The notes below the pieces were generated by a model. That model ran no database searches and had not been told where the DNA came from. It saw nothing but the letters and a program-made list of their open reading frames with translations. From assembly GCF_031769215.1 (NCBI RefSeq), contig NW_026782426.1, positions 186,001 to 250,000 on the forward strand: a DNA stretch of 64,000 nucleotides, given 5' to 3'. This stretch comes from Ylistrum balloti. Lineage: Eukaryota. Position numbers and translations under genes: made by a program. Positions 52,601-63,116 of the stretch are shown piece after piece. Position 1 is the first letter of the stretch, and every line of letters begins with the position of its first letter.

Positions 52601-52792
52601 GAAGGAGAAGAAAGCCCACCAAGGAAAGAGAGAAAGGACAAAGAGGAAACTGAACATCGTGATAGCAGCCCTAGAAGGAGAGAAAAAAGGGATGAATCAA
52701 AGCGTAGGAGATCAAGGAGGGAACGAAGGGAAGAGACAGAAGAATTTGGGGAACATGGTTATATAAGTGAGGGAAGTCCTGATCGTAGTTGA
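31560..52792 (+). CDS. Gene B: IgSF type I membrane receptor, 716 aa (signal peptide, 5 Ig domains, TM, CCICSGSC, polybasic tail); nephrin/Kirrel/Siglec-like architecture
   Basis: Exons 31560-31632, 34076-34230, 35168-35306, 37815-38114, 38498-38779, 40244-40498, 42429-42589, 48377-48488, 49083-49208, 50219-50354, 51764-51832 and 52450-52792. All introns are GT-AG with matching phases; total 2151 nt = 716 aa plus stop. Each Ig domain has the C...W...(Y)xC signature. Confidence 0.85.
31705..32075 (+). mobile_element. HINE/DINE-like element with (GTCC)n microsatellite and two internal repeats of about 150 bp
   Basis: TTTTTATATGCCCGTCG start, GTCCGTCCGTCCGTCC, duplicated TTGTCCGGAGATCTCC...AAGAGTTATG unit. 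Confidence 0.7.
34076..35306 (+). CDS. Gene B Ig1 (C2/CD80-like), split over exons 34076-34230 and 35168-35306
   Basis: APGTPAVTG..ATCTSVGGNPDPTMSWYQN..|VSGNVRTTMSNYSF..DFYCRAGN; phase-0 internal intron. Confidence 0.85.
34233..34798. repeat. 44-bp minisatellite, about 13 copies, starting at the 5' splice site of the first Ig1 exon
   Basis: Unit ACAGGTAAACCCTGTACAGGTACACAAATCATACTCTGTCATC(A/T); offset 44 (34441 to 34485). Confidence 0.95.
35620..36326 (+). mobile_element. HINE-like element with degenerate internal repeats of about 150 bp; related pieces at about 29220-29480 and 33560-33900
   Basis: Repeated GGTCTGAAGCATC / TTTTGTATAAA / AATAGAGCAAA motifs; ends GGTGAGTGATACTGGTCCCATGGGCCTCTTGTT. 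Confidence 0.6.
37815..38114 (+). CDS. Gene B Ig2 exon (C2/CD80-like)
   Basis: TPGNPTL..WHCQTVGGYPAPGIAWYF..DNAKLLECRVSHP..LTVY; phase 1-1; T|GTAAGT donor. Confidence 0.9.
38097..38212. repeat. 38-bp triplication spanning the Ig2 exon-intron junction
   Basis: AAAACCCTCACTGTGTATT|GTAAGTATCAACTATCACT followed by two copies in which GTAAG is TTAAG or TTAAC. Confidence 0.85.
38498..38779 (+). CDS. Gene B Ig3 exon (I-set-like)
   Basis: APTVAI..GNNLTLTCSV..VTWYKEG..VTILNAASALAGNYYCTATNSAG; phase 1-1. Confidence 0.9.
38820..40060. repeat. 55-bp minisatellite, about 22 highly homogeneous copies
   Basis: Unit ATATCATCTGTTGGGGAGAATATAGTGTAACCCATGTCTGTCCAATCCCAAATCT. Confidence 0.95.
40244..40498 (+). 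CDS. Gene B Ig4 exon (I/C2-set)
   Basis: VEQGQSFSVSCAA..YSWEF..LNVTNVQKEDSGSYICTATNLYG; phase 1-1. Confidence 0.9.
41890..42270. repeat. About 48-bp tandem repeat, about 8 copies
   Basis: Unit GAGATAAGCCTTATTACTAGATAAAAACACTTTATAACTTTGTCAACA. Confidence 0.85.
42429..48488 (+). CDS. Gene B Ig5, split over exons 42429-42589 and 48377-48488
   Basis: YAPES..LSCDTDANPEASSFVWYEG..|VVSGDTTYTCQASNTVG; phase-0 intron containing the DIRS/Ngaro element. An alternative donor at 48459 is possible. Confidence 0.75.
43541..47609 (-). mobile_element. Degenerate DIRS-order (Ngaro-like) tyrosine-recombinase retrotransposon: gag - RT/RNase H - YR
   Basis: ORF1: ISPSLRQQIITGRDVNLAALLIP, FSEFIFAFGVYK, ELDLYE. 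RT: RINPIG, KKRHIVDLSA, MKTDITDAFKLLP, LLFGSRSS, HLLGDF. RNase H: LYTDATLHGFGG, ALFEL, HIPGQQNNIADAIS. YR: AFYSFLRCGEFT, RFSKTDPFG, HSFRIGTAT, IQTLGRWSS. Many stops and frameshifts. Confidence 0.9.
49083..49208 (+). CDS. Gene B transmembrane exon
   Basis: GLSVGVIVAIVLGILLILFIIILIIVCCICS; TTTTCAG| acceptor and G|GTATGT donor. Confidence 0.9.
49525..50108 (+). mobile_element. HINE-like element with several internal degenerate repeats; family shared with 29700-30040
   Basis: (CTGT)n start, repeated GTGTATACATTAGTCATA and GAGTTATTGCCCTTTGTTAAA, terminal AGAGAGCATTCATCTGTTTCATTTATACTCTTGT. Confidence 0.65.
50219..50354 (+). CDS. Gene B juxtamembrane cytoplasmic exon GSCRKKEKKKKGRVTPKAQPVAKPPMRQPAYVENYSTPRNKPRPN
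   Basis: Phase 1-2; positive-inside basic patch after the TM; AG|GTACTG donor. Confidence 0.8.
50387..50983 (+). repeat. 91-bp (first unit 105-bp) minisatellite derived from the 3' end and donor of exon 50219-50354; 7 unit starts
   Basis: Unit starts TCT(A/G)CTGAGAAA at 50387, 50492, 50583, 50674, 50765, 50856 and 50947. The unit translates QPAYIDTYKPKPT versus QPAYVENY..KPRPN in the exon. Confidence 0.85.
51764..51832 (+). CDS. Gene B small cytoplasmic exon (69 nt, phase 2-2) STTSRFVLRAPPTAVESEDGTI
   Basis: TTTTGTAG| acceptor and AT|GTATGT donor; positional and sequence counterpart of gene A exon 974-1051. Confidence 0.7.
52450..52792 (+). CDS. Gene B terminal exon, Arg/Lys/Glu-rich tail
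   Basis: TTCCTGCAG| acceptor, phase 2; SVYDDSNR..TYDELEQIRRRERRRRKKKRHHKRE..GSPDRS*. Confidence 0.85.
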
Positions 52793-54915
52793 GATGACCT
52801 AGTCTATGGCAACTAGTGGTGCCTCCCATGAGGATTTTAGGAATATTTCTTATACTTTGAATGTGGTTTTGGGAGAATTATCTAGGGAGACAAATTATGT
52901 TATATATTTTATAGTGCCCAGAAACTAAAGCTGAGGTAGTAAAATGTGATAAGCTGTGATAATACTAGAAAGTATGAGACTACTATGTCTACCTTTGTAA
53001 ATAAGGAAAATTCTTGTAAATATCATCATAAAGATTCTTAAACTGCTGAATTCCTGCACTCCCTCCTCTGTTGTCTAGTGTACTGCTTAAGTTTTTATTG
53101 CTCTAGATTTTAAACATTATTTGTCCTATATTTTGACCTGCTACAGTCCACTTTTGTTGTGCATCATTCACCATAAACATGACATTTTTAACGACCCCTG
53201 GTAAAGTCCTGAATTAGTTTTAATAAAATTTTCAGAAACCTTCCATGACAAAATTTTGAATTAAATGGTCTACACTGCATACGGTGCCAAAAAAGGTCAA
53301 ATTGACTCAAATTCTACACCCTGTACAACAAAATTTCAAATTCGAAATTCTTATTCTCATCACACAGAAATGGTAGTCAAATACTCTTTGAATACCTTTT
53401 TGAGGATAATTTCAAATTCAAACGTGGTTAGAATCCATAAAATGATGGAACAGCAGATGATACTGTACATACACATTTGTGTTATGTGTACGCTGTAGTC
53501 AGCTGACTTTGTTAACTGTGCTACTAGAACAATGACATCATGGTTACTCAGGTGACCATATACATCAAATTTGTAGTCTGGAAGTCATTTACTGTAAACT
53601 TCTTAAAAAATTCTTTTGGCCAATATTAATAGGTTTTATGTTATGGTGATTTATTGAATGATGAACTTAGTTGATGTTATAGTGTTTAAAAAAACTTGTT
53701 TTTCTTTATTCTTTTTACACTCTACAATATTGGGTATTAATCATTAATTTGCCACATCTGTATCAACACTGAAGTTAGATTATTCTGTTACACATATTGC
53801 AAATAGCAAGATATTGTGCTATTGTAAAATTAAAGTAAAAAACTACAGCAACTAGACCAATGTTAAACAGGTGTTTATTCTTAAGTGTTGTTGATTGTTA
53901 TGCTGAGCTTTGCTTCATTCTTAATTCTATATAGATATCAGATGCTGTATAATGTTGTGATACTGGATTATCATAGGTCACACGAGGCGTAATTCTCATT
54001 ACTTATTAGTATCTAATTATCAAATTATGATAGTGCTATGAAATATGTATAGAAATCAAATCCTCATATTTTACTATAATGAAAATATTAGTAGTTCAAG
54101 TTAAATTTATCATTTAATAATCGATGATATTCTTATAAATAATTGCAATATTTTTGCCATTTTACTTCATTATAATTTTCATTGTCTTTCAGAGTATGAG
54201 AGTCTCAAATCTTGAAGACAGAGATTATTTTTCAATGTCTACCTGTTGTATTTGTTATAATCAAATATATCTATCAATCAAAACTGCTGTACTATATAAC
54301 CTTGACAGTTCATGTAAACAGATATTATCCTGTGTAATTAGAAAGATATCTTACAATTTCATTAATAATTTTATGTTAAGGTAGCTGTCTGTTGTATTAG
54401 TTTTATTTGTAATGTTTGCAACAACCAGCAAGTTATTAACCTACTGTAACAAATTTTAGCATATATCATCACTTTTTTGCAAATTTCTACAATGATGAAT
54501 TTGTGCAACCAAAATAATAACTATATGTCACAGATAGAGACTCCAATCAGCACAATTATATTTCAACACAATACATTGAGTGCAAGAAGTGCTAATACCG
54601 GTATATGATCACTGCTAAAATGTTCACAGTATCTTACAGTGCATTGAAGATGTATCAAAGTTTAAATTAGCTTTAAATGTTTATACATCTAATTACTATT
54701 GATTATATTTTCAGTGTTTCGATATATGGACATTACTTTTAAAATTCTTAATCTAGAAGAATGACAATAGATAGGTAGTTTTTTGGGGTTTTTTTAAACT
54801 TAGGTGTAACTCAATATCTTTGAATAATACTTTGGAATTTCTTCTTTAAATCCAGAACTTTACATAATTTATAAAAAAGAAGTTATGTTCTTAATTTGTT
54901 CAAGAGAATTAAATT

Positions 54916-55200
54916 AAATAATTTGTGAAAAAAAAAACTTAAAGTTTTTGTTGTCAGGTGACTGTTAAGGAACATATGGGCCTCTTGTTTAATTAAGGTG
55001 TAACAACAGTCTTTGAATAATACTCCAGAATTTCTTCTTTAAATCCAAACCTTTAAATAATTTGTGAAAAAAAAAACTTAAAGTTTTTGTTGTCAGGTGA
55101 CCGTTAAGGAACATATGGGCCTCTTGTTTAATTAAGGTGTAACAACAGTCTTTGAATAATACTCCAGAATTTCTTCTTTAAATCCAAACCTTTAAATAAT
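54916..55200. repeat. Direct duplication of about 139 bp containing a HINE-type 3' end
   Basis: AAATAATTTGTGAAAA...CAGGTGAC(T/C)GTTAAGGAACATATGGGCCTCTTGTTT...AAACCTTT occurs twice in tandem. Confidence 0.85.
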
Positions 55201-55837
55201 TTGTGAAAAAAAAACTTACTATGCAATGTTTGGAGTTACATTGTTCTACAAACTATGTATTGTGTTTTTAATTTGTTCAAGAGAATAAGAACTCTGTGCT
55301 GTATCTTCAAAAGCTATAAGGGATAGTCTGAATATGTCATAGAGATGTTTACCAGAAATTAGATCTTCTGCAGTGGATTAGTTTCCTACAATACATTATA
55401 CATATTTTACTATGAACTGGTAGTTCCTGATGTGATATTAACTTCAGCTTGTTGGATTGTACTGGGAACAATTCCAAGATTTTCTCTAGAAAGAAAACCT
55501 CTATTGTACAAAGTATATCAACCAGAAAGGGTCTAACAAAAATGCCTAGCTGTGTATGAGGTAAGTTGTGCCCAGTCCCTTAATACACTCTGAGAGAAAT
55601 ACTCACATATGGAAGTTTTCTGCCTGAACATGCTTTTGTTACATTGACTAGATTCTACATACAGAGTATCTTTGTGCTGTACAAAGATGGGAATTTTTTT
55701 TTACAACAAGACTCGGCGCATTCCCTTTGCAGTCTAAGTGCCATTTGCTGTGTGTGATATGTTGGTATATACATTTGATTTGAGAGGACACGGACTTGTA
55801 TATTATCTATATTTAAGTCCGTGGAGAGGATATGTAA

Positions 55838-56301
55838 TTTTTAGGTCATCTGACCCGAATGGTCTGATGACATATTGCAATCGCCTTTTGTCCGGTGTCT
55901 GGCGTCCGTCGAAAACATTTTCAACTTCTTCTCAAGTTCTACATGTCTCATTGAGCTGAAATTTACCTGAAATGATCGTGACATGGTCTGACCAAAGTTT
56001 GTTAATTTCGGGTTGGTCTGAAATTACATTTTCGACTTCTTCTCAACTTGCATGAAATGATCATGACCAAAGTTTGTTACTTCAAACATCTTCTGAATAA
56101 CCAGAACACCCAGGGTGATGATATTTGGCCTGTAGCATCCTGGGATGAAGGTTTACGAAGTTTGTTGAAATGAATAACCTTAACCCACTTTCAAGGTGGT
56201 GGCTGAGTGCCCATGATTCTTAAATCCAGGTGAAATAAGTTCAAAATTTGAAATCTTGTATTTTATGGCAGATGACCGTTAAGGCCCATGGGCCTCTTGT
56301 T
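55838..56301 (+). mobile_element. HINE-like element, family of 19965-20256
   Basis: TTTTTAGGTCATCTGACCCG ... CAGATGACCGTTAAGGCCCATGGGCCTCTTGTT. Confidence 0.7.
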
Positions 56302-58198
56302 TTCATTTCTGTCAGTCAAACTTGTGATGCTTCAGCAGTCATTCACAATAGGTTGATTTTAGGTGCTACGCAAAGAAAAAGTGATATTTGTTAACTTTGC
56401 AGTGTGTGGAATATCCATAGAAATGATTAATCTCCAGCAGATGATTAAGCTAGTATTTACGGGGATACGTTCTGTGTACATTCTACACTGTTTGAGTGCC
56501 ATTAGACTTTTATTCAAGTTAAATAACATTTTAACTCTTTATTTTGTTCTGCACATGAAGGGAAAACGATTTTAGTGATGTTGGCTATTTTCTTACAAAT
56601 TTTGATATCTAATGACGATAGCGTCTCTATCTAAAAATAGATATGATCTTCTTTTTTTCTGTTGAGAAATTGTTCGCTTTCCGTCCAGTTTGAATCATTT
56701 GTAATAAAATGTTTGTTGTTTTTAAGCAAGTTATTGTTGATGAAGTTAAACTGTGTAACTTTTACCAAATATTTCTATTGAATCTCCGTCCATTTGAATC
56801 ATATACATGTGTTATATGTTGATTATTTAAATGATTTTAATGGTGTTGTTACACTCAATATGATTGGACAGAAAATATACATTTTATGTATCAGCTGCTT
56901 TGATTGGATTGACTGGACAAACAAGGAAAAATCATGTATTGCTCATCTACAGTATTATGATGTTCATGTACTGAATCTCATTACTGGAAGTTCATTTAAA
57001 CTGTGTATGTTTCTCCTAATATTTCTCCTGGTGAAATATATGTATGTTTTATAGGACATCAGAATCAAGTTTCCTTGTACCTTTATTCAAAGTGTATTGA
57101 ACATTTTTTCTGGTAAACATTAAATTATTTTATAACTTTGTCTTATTAATTTTTTTGTTATTCCATGGTCATTGAAGATTCAACATTAAACATTTATTTC
57201 TGCAAGTTTTGATTTGTTCCTAGAAGTTTCAGATGTGAAAAAGAAGAAATTTACCTTCCTTTTTGTCACATTACAAACTGTTTTCTTGATGCTAGGAATG
57301 TTTAATAGGCGGAAATAGTGATTTTTTGCAGTTTTGAAAACCATGATGTCGCCAAAAATGTCAAAATTTGCCATGTTAAAAATTTTGTTTACCATTATAA
57401 TTTAAATAAAAATTAGCTTAAATATGTGTTTCACCAACAGGTAAAATTTGAGAAGAATTGAAAACCGGGAAAATGGTTTTTGAGCTTCTTCAATGCAGCT
57501 TGTGTAAAATTTTGGATTTGAGGAAAGTGTCTCCAGTTGGCAAAAAAGGGGATAATTCACAGGATAATTACATAACTATTTGACCATTTTTAGGTGTATG
57601 TTGTGTTTTTTAATTAACATTACAAATTCACAACAAAGAAATACTTAATATTATCTTCAGATATGTTTCTTATATCGCTATTTTTTGGTCTTTATTTTCT
57701 ATTATTTTTAAAATAGTTTTGTTTTCTTCTGCATTGATTTAAACAACAAAATTCCTCTAATTGCAAATATTGGTAGAGAAAAGAAGACAATTACATATGA
57801 ACAAATGCAGCATAACAATGACATATACGCTCTCCATATGTCTGTTTACATTGTACATGTGTTGTCAATGGTGATCTTGAATAGGAACTGTAATTATAAT
57901 ATTACAGTGTTACATATATTGTACTAGAATTGTCTCAATATATGGTAGTAATATAGCAACACATTTGTGTAAAACCTACTGATTTATCTTCTTGAGCCTT
58001 CATGTATTAATCAAATGAGTAGATAAAGGTCACAAAGGACACCCTTGCAATATCCCAATTTTGATAATTAACATGTTATATATAATATTTAGTTTGAAAT
58101 GTCATAACCTTAAGTAAAGCCTACAACAAAAGGCATAGTCATCTTCTGTAATTCAATATAATGCATTTTATGCAGAAGCACCATTAAATGACAAAAAC

Positions 58199-60210
58199 AT
58201 GACTTGTGTTAGACCAGGATTCACATTTTGTGTAAGGTATATTCCCAAAACAAAAAAGATCTTCCGTAAGGTTGTTAACTATGAGTGGCTTTGTAGACTC
58301 CTTTCAGAAGATGGTATCAACCAATCAAAGATTAATGATGCAGTCATTTGTTTCAAATGCTTTAAGCGTTATGAGAGAAAACGAGCAGCAATTCCTGTCA
58401 GAGATATCCAAACAGATCCTTCAGAAATACCAGAGCCTGATGATTTTTGTACAACTGAATATCAAGTTCTATCTGTGGATGATGTGTTATATGGTGCAAG
58501 CTCCCACAGGCGATGCACAGTTTGTTTGCAGTATGTATCCTGCTATCTATCACCACTACCTCACTCTGCTTGTCTTACTCTCTTTCGGAAATTCAAACTT
58601 TGGTGTCCAGTTGACTCCTGCGTATGCTCAAATCATCTTGTAGGCAATGAGTTGCATCCTGATCTAGAAGTTAATATGGACAATCGTACTCCATTAAAGG
58701 AACACCTCTCTGGGAAAGCCGAACCTATCATTAATGATCTTTTGGAGCTGGCAAGCACAGTAAAGGTTGGTGTGGACAAACCCAGGCTAGACTTTGCTTC
58801 TCTTTCTGATGAGGACTGTAAGGCATGGACAGGTTGGTCACTTGACGACATAAATAAGATGCATGAGTTAAGTGCCAACAATATCACTAACCCAAAATGT
58901 ACTTCAACAGTCAATGCATTAATTATGTTTTGGGTTAAACTTAAAACAAATGTATCTTGGCTACAGCTGGGTGCACTGTATTGTATCAGCAAAGCTGAAG
59001 TTTCCAAAACATTCCACATGATTACTTCAGCACTGATCAAGCGTATTGCATCCAAATATCTTGGTATAGGAAGTATAACCAGGGATGAAGCGATTTCACA
59101 CAACACCTCTTTTACAGAAGCCTTCTATGGCAACAAAGTTTCAGTCATATTGGATGGAACGTATATATACGTCCAGAAAAGCAGTGATCACGAATTGCAA
59201 AGGTCTTCATGTTGTGGCCCAAAAAAAAGAGGAACTATTTAAAATTTATGAGTTTTGTCCTTCCCGACGGTTATGTTCTTGACACAAACGATGCCAAGAT
59301 CACAAAAAAGATTTTTGAGTCTGTTGAAAACTTGAATGTATGGCTACACGATAGCGATAATATTATAGTTGACAGAGGGTTAAGGGGCGTTCTTGACCTT
59401 ATCAAGTCATCTGGTTTAGAATCCCATATGCCTTCTTATTTGCAATCCGGGATGTCACAGCATGATGCAGAAACAGCAAATAAGGACAGACTATGCACAA
59501 AAACACGCTGGGTCGTCGAAAGTTATCATAAATGATTCAAGCAATGGCGACTGTTTAAAGAGCAGCTCTCTTCCAATTATTTCATCGAGATAATTGAGCA
59601 GCTTGTTGGCATTACTACTGCCTGTCTGAATGCTATCCGTGACCCGATTTACAACCCATCTGCTGCCCATGAAGCCAAAGATCGGCAACTAGCAAACAGA
59701 ATGTTGGCCAGGCTCTCCTTGAAGAATTCTTTGGCTGGTAGAGTACTCAAAGAGCGCTATTTAAGTCGAAGGGCAAGATCAGAATGGCAGAAATTATGCT
59801 GTGCTGATATAGCATTTCCAGAGCTCGATATGGAGTACCTAGAAACAGCAACATGTGGTGCCTATCAAATCAAACAGGCTTCAGGGTACATTGCAGAACA
59901 CAAAGTCCTGACTGATGATGGTGGTTTCCAGGTATGGATGTACCAGCACGCTGATGGCCTCATCCAAGGACAAATACGTTCACGTAACAAATCCCAGACG
60001 AAGTACAACGTTTGGATAGCATTCGATGCAGACAACAAGGATGACCATATCACTGGTCATTATTGTTAGTGTCCAGCAGGCAAGCGCACAGTGGGTATGT
60101 GCTGCCACATCGCAAGTATACTCTACTATCTTAGTCACCTTTCCCGCCAAACAAAGGCAATACCTTTACAGCCACAGACAAAGAAATTCAAACAAGCTTT
60201 GTTCAACTGA
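58199..60210 (+). pseudogene. Harbinger/ISL2EU-related (DDE_Tnp_4-type) transposase with N-terminal Cys motifs and C-terminal SWIM finger, disrupted
   Basis: VILDGTYIYVQKS (D1), NDAKI, IIVDRGLR (D2), TKTRWVVES (E), then C*CPAGKRTVGMCCHIASILYYL (SWIM CxC..CxH). One frameshift in the A-run at about 59221-59229 and stops at 59533 and 60067. Confidence 0.8.
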
Positions 60211-61392
60211 AGCTGCATGTTGTTGTTGACAAACAAATGCCAGTAAAATTGAGTACTTTACATGGCACATGGCTTATCGCATCTTTAATAAGTGACGTTT
60301 ACTAAAATGTTCGTGAACATATAAAGAACTCCTATTCATTAGTGCTATACTTACTAATAAATAAACAGTTGCAATGCTAGTATGCAAGGAAATACAAATT
60401 AAGAATAACAAATTGATCCTCCGGATAGATCTATGACCATGAAACCCCAAAAAATACATAATTTTCCTGTTCCCAAACCAGGCAGGTTGATGGGTGAAGA
60501 CCAGATAACTAATCAGTTATACACATATATTGATGACTTTGCTTATTTTAGTTATTTACAAAAATATTATACATACATCTATTTTATTTTAATGTAGCAC
60601 ATTTAATATCTTTCGTGAATACTTTACATTATTGCATTATAATTGTGTATTACCAGGTGTATGGCATTTTCCATGTCAAATAACATTAATTAATTATAAT
60701 TATCTTTATTAATTATTACATGTTCATGTTTGTTATGTCATATTCACATCAAACCTAATTATTTTCAAGTTAGCTTAGATTTTAAGTTATATTTAAATGA
60801 CATTAACAATATCTGACCTCACTTTTGTATCTACGCAGTACCTGCTGATTGAGAGGGGATGGGGATGTTCATAATGCTATAAAACCATTTTCCCGGATTT
60901 TATTTTTTTCAATATTAAGTATGTGTACAGAGGATATGTATAACCTATTTTTAAAATGGTTTCAATTGGTGAACAAAGGTAATGCCATATTGATTTGATG
61001 TCTTAAACTTGAGATTTGCGGAATTCAAAATTAGCTACTTTTTCACCCTGAAGTTGACATGTGCGTAAAGTTATCACTCCAAACGGAACATTATTGATGT
61101 TGACGTAGAGAAACAATTATCTAAGAGTAAAATATTTTCCAAAATGTAGGAAAGATTTATCTTAAAGGCACTTAATGAAATATGTAGTGTGACGATGTGA
61201 ATTTCAGGCCCCTTGGGCCTTTTGCATATCACAACTGGAAAAAGAAAGACATATTCAGGTATGTTTTAAGGTACTCTAAAATACTGCAAAGTTTTAAAAA
61301 AATCGGAAAGTGGGTGGTTTTGGAAACCCCACCTTTAATGGAATTATATAGTAAATGTAATAATACATTTTAATGCACCAACTGAGTCTGAC

Positions 61393-61636
61393 TATAACTA
61401 TAAACTTTATTTATTTTACAACAATTGCGAAACAAGTTATGTCAGCTTATACTAATCACTCTTGTTGGCCCGGATGTAAGCGCGCGAGGGGTCTTATTGT
61501 GGGAGGAAACCGGAGTACCCGGGGAAGACCCACGTGATCGGGCAGGTGACCCTTATCTTTTCACGTCCGTGACAGGAGTTGAACCCCGGACAGCAAGGTG
61601 AAAGGCGAGTGCTCTACCACTGCGCCACCCGACCAC
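61393..61636 (-). mobile_element. tRNA-derived SINE with the GGGTACTCCGGTTTCCTCCCACA core motif (V/Meta-type SINE cores)
   Basis: Minus strand: A box TGGCGCAGTGG, B box GGTTCAACTCC, core GTGGGTCTTCCCCGGGTACTCCGGTTTCCTCCCACA, AT-rich tail. Absent from duplicate copy 1. Confidence 0.9.
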
Positions 61637-61700
61637 ACCATTCATGTTGACCATGGTGTATCAAACAATTGGTTGAGCGAAATGAAAGAACAACGTTTCA

Positions 61701-62504
61701 TTTATTTATTTAGGATTTATTTAGGATGCATGTCCATATCAATATTTAACAATACATAGCTGTGTTCATATTACTTCTGGTTGCAATGTTCAAATAAGGT
61801 GACTGTAGTAGCATTTATAACATGTTGGGACAAGCTGTTCGACAAATTTACAGTTCGTTGACTGAAGAAAATGATTTATAATGTCCAAAGGAGAATGTTT
61901 TTCATAAAGTTTTAGAGAATGCCCTCTTGTTGTGGTTGTGGTACTCATCTCAAATTTTCAGTACCTCTCTTATATATATTGTTAAAAACTTCGAAAGTGT
62001 TTATCATGTCTCCTCTCATCCTTCGATGTTCCAGAGTTGGAAGATCCAGTCTTTTCAAACGTTCTTCATATTATAAATTAATTCTTGAACCCGTGTAATA
62101 ATTTTGTAGCCCTCCTTTGATGTTTTTCAGTATTATGAATGTCATAGACTTGGTGTGGATTCCATACACTCAACGCATATTCAAACTGGGATAGTACCGG
62201 AGTTTTTAAAAACAATTTAAACATGGTCTCATCTAACTATACTAAAGTTTGTCGGATTAATTTCGCCTTTCTATTTGGCTTGTTAACAATTCCTTGTATG
62301 TGAGCCTGAAAGTTTAAATGAATGTCAATAATCACTCTGAGGTCTTTCCCATTGGTTTAAACTCCTAATGGTTTCTTTTCTCCTTCAACTCCACACATGA
62401 ACAAAATTCTCTTTTCCTTTGGTTTAAAAGATAAAATTTTACACTTATCTGGACAAAATTTCAACAGACATATATTCGCCCAAGTTTGAAACTTTTTCAA
62501 GTGG
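61701..62504 (-). mobile_element. 5'-truncated CR1-clade LINE fragment
   Basis: Minus strand reads FEYALSVWNPH..EKHQRRATK..YEERLKRLDLPTLEHRRMRGDMINTF, with a (TAAA)n-like tail. TTTATT lies at both ends; absent from duplicate copy 1. Confidence 0.85.
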
Positions 62505-62796
62505 TTTATTTTTCATACTTGGAAGAGAATGTGTCATTTAAAAATGTTTCTTCTGTTTTGAAAAATTTGAATTAATTGCCAAAAAATCAGGTCGCCGTTA
62601 AAAAATGGGAAAAGGAAAAAAACCCGTTATTTAGAGATCCTAGCATAGGATTTTAACAGCTATGGCTTAGGTAAGTGTATAACCTAGCTCCCCTTTGTGT
62701 GGAACAGTGGTGTAGTTACCGAGACCCACTTTTACACCTTTTACACAAATAGGCATTACCTTCATTGGTCACGCCACATTGAGCACACATACCAGT

Positions 62797-63116
62797 TTAA
62801 CAAGCCCAAAGCAATAGATTTTAAACAAAATCTGTTATTCTTAATTTTGCGCGTAGTCTTGTCCAGTCGTTCATCTAGTTATAGATATTTGTTAATGTTT
62901 GACGGAAATTAATTAGTAGATTATTATAATGCATAGGTAAAGATCGATCGTGTGCCTAATTAGTTTCCCTGTCGGTGCCTCATTATTTGCTTATAACTCA
63001 TCTCGATTTCTCTGTCACCGCGTGCGAGTGTTGTCGTCTGCGATTGTCGTAGTAACAAAATGGCGGACATTAAACGTTCGGTGGCTGAGACCGGTAACCA
63101 GGTGAAAATGACACAG
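62797..63116 (+). promoter_or_regulatory. Putative promoter and first leader exon, copy 2
   Basis: About 97% identical by eye to 13457-13775; AAAATGGCGG and CAG|GTAAGT are conserved. Confidence 0.55.

Noticed and set aside
58633-59106. 157-aa minus-strand ORF
   Set aside because: Antisense shadow of the transposase frame, with no independent motif.
61250-61338. Kolobok-like terminus (...ACCCCACCT TTAA)
   Set aside because: No matching opposite end was found in the window.
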